Assembly: GCF_036321535.1 (NCBI RefSeq)
Contig: NC_087437.1
Coordinates: 38,752,001 to 38,816,000, forward strand
Source: Camelus dromedarius
Taxonomy: Eukaryota
Direction of reading: 5' to 3'
Length of the DNA stretch: 64,000 nt
In this document: piece by piece, positions 55,521 through 64,000 of the stretch
Layout: every line of letters starts with the position of its first letter
Numbering within the stretch: the stretch's first letter is position 1
Translations under genes and position numbers: made by a program
Notes under the pieces: generated by a model
What the model saw: only the letters and a program-made list of their open reading frames with translations
Told to the model about the DNA's origin: nothing
Databases searched by the model: none

Positions 55521-56624
55521 CTACATTTCACTGCCCACCATATATAAGCACATTCATAGGCAGAAAGAAAACATCACATAACTATAGACCCACAGTTTAT
55601 TGAGCACCTACGACATGCCAGGCACCTGTCACTGGAGATGAAAGAATTAAAAAAAGCCTGGTCCTGAGATGCAGGAGACTATTTTTTACAGCAGATTCAC
55701 AGAAGGTTGAAAACAAAGAAATAACCAGATACAATATGATGTGTTCATGTTCAGGGGAATGAGTCATCCTACCTGTTAGGGGAACATGATGCAAAGGACA
55801 ACTAACTTAAACAACAATGTCACCCTTAGAAGCACCAAACTTACTTATTAATAACTGTAATACACTTACCTGGAATAGGCACATTCAAAATACTATATGA
55901 ACCTTTCCTTGATGATTTCTGGTCATCACAGGGAAGACCAAGCCACTGCAATTATGTAACACATGTTTTAGGAATGAGGGACTGTTTGCCCCACTTTTAA
56001 AACAAATTAAATAGTTACGTCCCTCTCCAAGGTCTTATTGCACAAGGTCATTGCCTACCTCTGGCAATCACACCCCCTCCTAACCTGACATGATGTATAG
56101 AGAGTTAATTAGTAACCAGACTCTTAATTCTAAATTTAAATTGTCAGGGAGGGTTCCTTCTCCAGAGTATAATGCTTGGATTTATGCCAGTCTACCTATT
56201 TTTTTTTTGATATTCATTTAGCTACAATAAAAAAAAATAAAGGAGCTAATTATAAAAACAAATTCTGCCAATTTCAAAATTTTACCCATGGCAAACCTGG
56301 GAAGAGAAAGATCAAATATCTTATCTCAGATAGCGACCCTGATGATAACAACAGCTAATCTTGCGTGAGTGGTACCTACTATGTGCTAGGTATATGCTAG
56401 GAGCTTTACTGGTGTTAATTATTTTATCCTCACAGTATTTTATGAAATAGGTCATTCTAATCTCCATTATATAAATAAGAAAAATGAGGCCTAAGATCAC
56501 ACAAAAAGTTGCAGAGCTCGAAGTTGAATTACATGCTTGGGGTAAAAGGAAAAACCCTCAGAAATCCTTGCAGCCAAGCAAGTAAAGTAAATGTGTGACT
56601 TGGCTCAGTCTTAAGATCACAGAG

Positions 56625-56762
56625 CGGCGGTTCTCAACTTTGGCTGCACATTGCAATCACCTGGGGAGACTGCCAGGTGGGTTCCGCCCCCACAGACTGT
56701 GACTTAATTGGTCTGGGAGCCGCCCAGGTGATCCCAAAGAGTAGCCAAAGCTAGAACCACTG
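56625..56762. mobile_element. MER5A1-like hAT MITE
   Basis: cggcggttctcaactttggctgcacattgcaatcacctgggga ... gccaaagctagaaccactg; inverted ends. Confidence 0.7.
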
Positions 56763-58682
56763 TTTATAGACATAGAGTACTGCATGGCCCCAAAAGCAGA
56801 GTTTTTTGGTGGGTTTTTGTTTTTGTTTTTTTTTTTTAATTTTAAGTTAGTTAAACACTGAGCTGATCAAAGGTTGTTATTCCAGCCTCTGTTACCAGAG
56901 GTAACTACTTCTGCCCCACTCCTTAGTATAATTAAAGCAGAATATGGGAGGAAGATAGATAGATAGGCTGGCAGACATAGATATTAGTTTTTCATGGAAG
57001 GAGGGCTGCCTAGTCTTGAACTTTCCCCATGTCACCCCCACCATATATTTATGGAACTGTTGTATTTCAAAAGGCACTTGGAGTTAGACGTAACCTACTT
57101 TCAAAATAGTCTCTGGTATACAACCCTTTCTTAAACAGAAGATGACCTAAAGATGCTCATTTAACAAATGTATACCTTCAGATTACGGGGTCAAACGACT
57201 TAAGGTTTTTCAAGAGGTTTTTTTATTTTTATTTTTTACAGAAGCTACTCATAATTAACAATGATTTTAATCCAAGCCAGGTCAAGAGATCTCAAGTAAC
57301 TAAACAAGTCTTAAGAAGGGAGAGTCTAATGTCCAAAAAAAAAAATCTATGCAAGTGGTATATAGCGCCGCCAACCAAAACGTCATTTATCATTGGAAAA
57401 GGGAAGCAAAAGCTGCATACCATCAGAAAACCTTCATTAAATGGCCTGCAGATGTGAAATCCAACGTAAATGCTATAGAGTAGAAGTCAGTTGTGAATCC
57501 ATTAGAAAAAGAAGAAACTGTAGCCTGCTCAGGAAATAATTCTTCATGCATAATCATACTGTAATTGTTGCAGCACCACAATTCAAGAGGAAATGGCAAA
57601 AGGGTAAATTAAGAAATGGACTGCAAGGCCACTCATTGAAACTAGCCGCAGTGTTTTTCCATCTCCTGCAGCAAAGCAAATGTTTTGTATTTTAATAGTC
57701 TGGTATTACCACTTACCACCCCTCTTCCTCACTACTACCACCAAAAGGCACATGAGAGGAGAAGATGCCGAGATTGATTTTCTAAATGGAATATTGCAAA
57801 TACAGACCATGACCCAGAAATCAGGACCTCAGTTCTAGCGCTCGGAGTTGAAGCAAATGTGCTGCTTAGGTAAAACATTCTGTTGTTGCAACCTTATTTT
57901 TGTTTTTTTCAAAAAGCAGAGACAGGGAAGTGAAGTCTGAGAAAGCAGACAAAAGTGCTTAGGATTCATTTTCTCAACACAGTTATATTTTGTTGATTGA
58001 ATAAATATATACATTGATCCCATCATGAGTGTCAGGCACTGTGCAGTGCTGGGATGTATTGGTGAATTTGACAGGACCTGCTCCCATGAGTCTCCTAAGC
58101 TAAGTGAACAAGGCACCAACCTTGTATAATCCACAATACACGCCCTTCCAGCCACATGTGTGAAAATCCAGTCCTGCCATTGTACTACCAGATGACAATT
58201 TTTCCCTTGGTCTAACTGCACTGAACTTCACAGGGAAGCTGCCAGTGGCTTCTAAGTAAATAAGTAAATAAATATCCACACTTCGCGTATCAACAGTAAC
58301 TCACGGGTAAACTTCAACAAGTTTTCAAGAAAAATTTTTTTAACCTAAGACTGAATAAAAACCGGTTTTCTGTTTAAACCAACCCCAGTTTATATATTTT
58401 CACTGCCTGGGGCTAAACAGCTTCAGTAAGCTAAAAATACTTCCCTTACTGGGAAGAGCAAACAAGACCAAGAATCAGCTGTGTATCATTTTCTCTCATG
58501 TTAATTTTTTTTTTTTACTACAAAACATTCAAAATATCTAAAACAGAAATGGAATCTGTTTCATATTTGTACAAATATACACTGACAGAAACATCCACCC
58601 AGCTTGTATCTTCCTAGTAGTATGAAATAAGCTATATTTGCATTATTAGCAAAGACTGTCAACATCTCACTACTCACAGTCC

Positions 58683-58731
<49 letters not shown>
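58683..58731. repeat. (TAT)n microsatellite, one interruption
   Basis: Direct reading. Confidence 0.9.
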
Positions 58732-58981
58732 GTTGGGGAGAGGGCTGCATAAATGTTGAAAACTAAGCACAAGTACAAAAAAAAGCTTTCAAAAATATGT
58801 ATAGGATGACTCTGCTTTTAAGAAGACCACATGGCACTTACTTTGCAGTCATGCATCATTTATGTTCCTGAAATTTACATTAAATGCGATTCTAAAGTAG
58901 AAGGACAGTCTTTCTGCAGGTCTTGCTCATGTTGTGTTTGCTGTGTGTCTGGTCATGTTCCTCCTCTTGTACTTCTCAAGG

Positions 58982-58984
<3 letters not shown>

Positions 58985-59016
<32 letters not shown>
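58985..59016. repeat. (CA)n microsatellite, interrupted
   Basis: Direct reading. Confidence 0.85.
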
Positions 59017-59702
59017 TCCTAGCTCTCTGGGACAAACTAAAAGGTCCTCAGGAAGACAAATAACCCCCTCCCCAAATATAACTGCAGGACAGGAGTAGTA
59101 ATGTGGACTTTTCCAACATATCCAACATCTCCAAAGTCACATTAATGAGTTAACAGAAATAAGAAACTAGCAGGTCTAGGCTGGATTCGACTGGGCCATT
59201 AGTTTGGGCTGCCTGGTCATGGCTTAATTTCCTTTGAAACAAAACAGCCCAGTTTGAGGAATCTCTGCCAGACTCCCCATTTCTTAGGCTACCGACAATG
59301 TCAACTGGAAAGCAAATACCTAGAAACCAGGAAACTATGCCACACCAGGATGGGCTGGCAGGAGCGGAGGGAGGGCTCCTGGTTTGACTGCCCGGATTGC
59401 AGCTGGACTTTTGCCAAGTGTTGGGGTAAAAGACTGTGTGCTCCCGCCCATCCAACGCCCAGTGGGACTGGGATGGTGCTGGCGATTTCAAATGTAACTG
59501 CCGGAGGAGGCCGGAGGATGGGGATGTGTCATCTCCTCTGACACTCCGGGATCCGGCGGCCTGACTGGGCTCGCCTCTGATGTCCCTGAAGGTCAGAGGT
59601 GGTACCCACAGTGTCAACGGCTCACCAAAGCCACTTTTCCAGCCCGGGAGGGAGGCGCGGGGCAAAGTTGGCCACTGGCCGCGCGAGTCCCGTTAACCGT
59701 AC

Positions 59703-59889
59703 CTTGTAACTGGGCGGAAAGGGACTCCTGGTGCTGCTGGTACTTGAGCGCCACCGCCTCGGCTTTCCGCAGCTGCGTTTGCAGCTCGTAGTACAGCATC
59801 GCTCCATAGAGAAAGCCGAACACCACGGTCAGCAGCAGCAGCGTCTGGAAGATCCGCTTCTGCTTTCGGGAGCACATCCCGTTTCCCAT
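59703..59889 (-). CDS. GOLIM4: GOLIM4 exon 1 coding part (187 nt): cytosolic tail, TM helix, start of coiled coil
   Basis: ATG in strong context (ACTATGG); MGNGMCSRKQKRIFQTLLLLTVVFGFLYGAMLYYELQTQLRKAEAVALKYQQHQESLSAQLQ; donor AAG|GTACGG. Confidence 0.97.
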
Positions 59890-60103
59890 AGTCCTGCCGG
59901 GACCCCGCGCCGCGGCCGTCCCCGCCGCCGCCGTCCTTTCGTCCCCGCGGCCCGAACGAGCGCCTCAGCAGCGGCCGCCGCAGGAGGTGGTCAGACGCTG
60001 CATGAGGAGGAGACGCGAGACACAAAAGCGGGACCGGAGGGGAAGTGGCGCCCGCTCAGCCCCCGCGCGCCGCGGGGCGCGCAGCCATCGACGCCGCCAG
60101 GAC

Positions 60104-60128
60104 AGCCGCCGCCGCCGCCACCGCCGCC
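60104..60128 (-). repeat. Short interrupted (GGC)n trinucleotide repeat in the probable 5' UTR
   Basis: + strand gccgccgccgccgccaccgccgcc. Confidence 0.8.
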
Positions 60129-63100
60129 AAACTTTTGCGACGCTGGTTCTGCGCGAGTGCCCGGGCCCGGGAGGGGGCCCTCCGCATACTTCTGAGCGGG
60201 CTGTCCCCGCGCCGGTCTCCAGACGCCGCCTTGTCCTTTTCCCTCTTCCCCACTTTTCGGCCCGGCTGCCTTCGGCGGCGCTCAGAGTCCTGCCCCGGCA
60301 GCTCCCCGCCCCCTCGCGGCGGCTCCCACTGCGCGACTTCGCTGCCACCAAAAGGAGGGGGTGCACGCCCAACAAAGGGAGCCAGGCTCCGGGCGGCGAC
60401 TCCGCGCTCGGCCCGTGGGGGTGAGTAGAGGGATGGGGACCAGCTGCCCCGGCAGGGTTTGGGGGCCGGCCGGCCGGTGTCACTGATGGGGTTGCGGAGC
60501 CTTGGCCGCCGCCGCCTCCCACCCAACTTACGTGTCACCCACGGCCCCGCTATTCTGGCCAACGGGATTCCGGGAGGAAGTCCCACTCGGGCTCCCCGCT
60601 CATTGGGCCCGTCAGAGCCGCCGCTCCCTCCCTACGGGGAGGCAGTGCCGGGCTCGATTGGACGCCGGCTTTGTCCGTCCGACCTCAGGGCCGCGCCTTC
60701 CCTCCAGCGCGGGGGCCGGCGAGGGGCCCCGTGGGCGGCGCGGCCGCCCGGCGCGGGGGTGCACCCACGTGAAGTGCGAGCGGTGGCGAGAGGCGGCGGA
60801 GCCGGCGGCAGGGAGGTCGGAGTGTGCCCCGGACGAGTCCGGACTTGCGGCTGGGCGAGATACGGTGCGCACGTGCGTGTGTACTTGGGAGTGTGTGCGT
60901 TTGTGATGCAGCCCCTGGCACGCACATGAGGAGAGGACTAGTGTATGAAGTGGGAGAGAGTGAGTGGGAACAACTGTGTACACTCTACCGAGCACTCATT
61001 CTTCCTTTCCCTACCGGGTGGGCAGATGCGGCAGGCACGCGCCTCGTCAGCACAATCTTCGTAGTGAGCCCGAGATGCCTCGCCTGCTGGGTCTCGCCGC
61101 ATCCGGTGTACTCGCGCGGATGCGTGTATGCCCACAGATGGCAGCACACGAGCCGGGAGACTCAAGCACGCTAGACTTAGCGCCCAACTCTCCACGTGGG
61201 TTGTGGAAATCAGCTTGCCTTTGGCAGAGAGGAAAAAGAAAGATCTCGTATTTTCCCCCGACTGAAAAGAGAATAATTTAAAAACAAATCTTACAGTGAA
61301 ATGAGTATGCATTTATTTTGTCATATGTATTTGTTTTACTGGTGGCAAAAATACATCAGTTACGTTGCTAAATTACACTTTAAAGGCCAACAAAAGTTCC
61401 CTGTATAAAAACAAGTAAAGCAAACATAACAACTACAAACCTCTTCAAAGAAAATCCATAATGCACTAGTTCTTTCTACGTACTTGAGGGGAAAAAAATT
61501 GAGATTATTTATAAATGATAATTTTGTTTCTGCTCGTGACCTAATTCTAAAAAAGTAAATCATTTCTCAAATGCCTCAGTAGTGTCATGGAATTTATCAT
61601 AAACTGCATAATTTTATGATATTCTAACCAGATTTTAGTCATCACTATCAATAATGGCCAGTGACTTCTCAAAATAAAGGTAGATCTGTTTAGCCCCAAA
61701 TACCACAGAAAGGCAGACCCTGATGTAGAAATTTTTTAGGTGGACTCTGAAGTTAGAGGATACTAAAAGCCATAAAATAAATCGAATTTATCGCCTCACT
61801 AGCCTGTGACATTTATACTACCGTGAAAACTTAAGTGTGCCTGGCATATGCTTTTCCCTAATAAATGATAATTTGTATTATATGGTTTTAAATGCTTTCA
61901 TTTACAAATATACTCACCACAGCCAGGTTAAGTATTAGGCTCATACACTGGTTAATAAAGAAAGCAAAGTTTATCAAGTTACTGGGATAGCTCTAGGACC
62001 TTCTAGAAAGACAGGAGCTCAACAGGATTATTATCCAGGACAGAATCCTGCTCTTTCCGTCTCTATCTGCTGTTGAAGCCAGAGTCTCATTCTTTTTAAA
62101 GTTATATTAACAAATTACATCTTATCCATAAGAATGAGAACCTAATTTAAAAAGAAAAAGATCTAAAGATTCCGTGTTTTGTTCTGTCATATATAGCCTT
62201 ATTGAATTATTGAATCTACCACTTTTTAAATTTCACTTTTTCAGAAAGGTGTGACTCTTAGAAATTGAGACTGGATAATTCCTGCAACCTCGTCAGAATT
62301 CCTCATAACTAAAAATTCCTTACTGTTGTCTGTGTACAATTCGCAAAACAAACTCTTCCTCCAGAAAACACTACCAAAAACTGCTCTGGAAGGAATTAAG
62401 TTTTATAGCAAAAATCCTGGCTCCTACGTGAATAGATAACTATCCTAGCCACAAAAGAAAAAGAAATTATATAGAAGACTGGAAAATTATTGCTCATGTA
62501 TTACACAGTATGCAGCATTTGGTTGTTTTTCAGAATCTTGGAAAATTCCTCTGCTTCTGGCATACATGATTACTCATTTGAAACCTCTGATTCTTTCCCT
62601 ACTGATTTCGGACTCCAAAGGTATTCTTTGCCTAAAGCTGCTGGCTGACGCTACAGAATATAATAAATGTAGGTGATAAAACACAACTCAATATTTTAGT
62701 CATAAAATTTGAAAGAGAACAAAAATTATTACCTGGACTTACCCATTATTTCAAATTCAAGAAGGGTATGTAGAAGTACATAAAATCGCTAATGGCAGTG
62801 TCTTTATAGTATTACTTTTCCAAGGTGAAGTATGCTGCTAGTTTCTTGAAAATACCAGTATAGAGCTTTTCAGAGGCCGACATTGCAGGAGCTCTCCAAG
62901 GCCTATGAGCTGAATTTACGTAACATTTCCTTTGGGTAGAGCTTGTAATAGATGAGCTGTTGGTACTGGTCTTGCTAAATTTGTTGTTAGTTCTGTTTCA
63001 CTTTTGTTTCTTTAGCATGTAAAAAAATAGTATTATATAATTATATTTTTATTGCCATATATTTAACAATATGTATAATTTAAAAATTGTACATCTTGAG

Positions 63101-63464
63101 AAATTTCACCAATTTAGTATTTTATTTCTCAGGCAGGAAGAAATTGGAGAGATTGAAGACCTAACATTTGAGAAGGGCTAAGGTAACCTTATGATTGGGA
63201 ACCTTATGATTCTCTCCAGTTTTAGTAAATTTGTCATTTTAATAAAATTTATTAATTTTCAAAATAGGGGAAGGCAAGAAAAATATAGTTGAGCTAATTT
63301 ATAAAAATAAATGAATTTAAATTAATAATGTTCAGGATCCTAGAGTAAATTTTTCATTTAAATCTCTTTACTTCCAATTGAATTCAGTATTTTTTTTAAT
63401 TTGCAAGTGAAATCAACACTAAAAAAAAGGTGATGGATGTTAAATAATATTTTAAAAATATGTA

Positions 63465-63600
63465 TCCAGGTGTGGTGATGGATGTTAATTAGACTTATTG
63501 TAGTGATCATTTCACAATAAAAAGATATCAAATCATTATGTAGTGCATCTGAAACTAATATAATGCTATGTATCAATTATATCTCAATGAAAAATGAGTA
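63465..63600 (+). mobile_element. L1 (L1MA-like) 3' end fragment
   Basis: ggtgatggatgttaattagacttattgtagtgatcatttcacaat...tcaaatcattatg...ctgaaactaatataatg...tcaattatatctcaat followed by an A-rich tail. Confidence 0.7.
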
Positions 63601-64000
63601 AATAAAATTTTAAATGACATTTCAGTGTCAATAAACCAGTTTTAACCTTCTCATGTGAAAATTGCTGAAATCAACTATTTTTTTTCTCTGTAGGAAACAT
63701 CACTATTTATCTTTCCCTTTTGGCTCTCACCTACTTAGCACACAGGCTTCCTGCATGCCACCTATACCTGACCTGTTGAGAGGTAAAGGAAGCTACATTC
63801 AAGATATTCTGTCTTTTTGAGGATTCTGTGAGAGATGTTTCATAACTCTTTTTTATTAGATTTTACTAATGACCTAGTGGTCATTGTTAGCAGATCAACA
63901 AGCTAAGTCTGTGGCTAAGTGTATAACAAAGCAATCGAAACCCCCCTCAGTGTGTTAGTGGTGCCTTGCTTAGATCTGTCTCTAAGCCGCCATCTTGGTC

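Larger units (their letters stand above)
735..59889 (-). other. GOLIM4: GOLIM4 gene body (coding exons 1-12 plus introns; 3' exons beyond the left edge)
   Basis: Twelve GT-AG-bounded exons join in frame to give MGNGMCSRKQKRIFQTLLLLTVVFGFLYGAMLYYELQ...AYERDNQHQDEAE..., recognised as GOLIM4/GPP130: type II membrane protein with short cytosolic tail, TM helix, coiled-coil stem and acidic lumenal domain. Confidence 0.97.
59480..61200. promoter_or_regulatory. CpG island / GOLIM4 promoter and 5' UTR
   Basis: Very GC- and CpG-rich stretch spanning exon 1. GC box CCCCGCCCC at ~60304, two minus-strand CCAAT boxes (ATTGG at 60602 and 60657), CACGTG E-boxes. No TATA box seen. TSS cannot be placed from sequence alone. 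Confidence 0.88.

Noticed and set aside
61130..61147. CCCACAGATGGCAGC as a promoter-proximal CTCF site
   Set aside because: Two mismatches in the 5' core; better read as an E-box-like CAGATG.
59693..61312. Many overlapping 100-185 aa Arg/Gly/Pro-rich ORFs on both strands
   Set aside because: Expected in a stop-poor CpG island; no recognisable domains.
1..64000. CRISPR arrays, tRNA, rRNA, snoRNA or miRNA genes, prokaryotic-style systems
   Set aside because: Mammalian intron-exon DNA; no repeat-spacer array or recognisable structured RNA gene seen by eye. An Infernal/Rfam scan would be needed to exclude small intronic RNAs.

Overview
Mammalian genomic DNA, not prokaryotic. The window holds the promoter CpG island and coding exons 1-12 of GOLIM4 (GPP130, Golgi integral membrane protein 4) on the minus strand. 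The ATG is at 59889, intron 1 is ~39.5 kb, and the remaining 3' exons lie off the left edge. All 12 exons were delimited by GT-AG sites and join in frame (1680 or 1683 nt, 560-561 codons). Introns contain old repeats (MIR, L2, MER5/hAT, a Tigger-type MITE, MLT1 LTRs, L1 pieces). I recognised no Alu, B1, Bov-tA, PRE1 or SINEC copies, and one short L1 3' end looks camelid-like (inference). I found no wholly new biological system. The best leads are an expanded, His-interrupted CAG repeat in exon 10, RBFOX motifs downstream of cassette exon 7, a tandem GTGGTG donor on exon 11, paired CTCF motifs in intron 2, two candidate uORFs, and an unusual exon 8 acceptor. Comparisons with human GOLIM4 and all repeat family names are from memory and need database confirmation.
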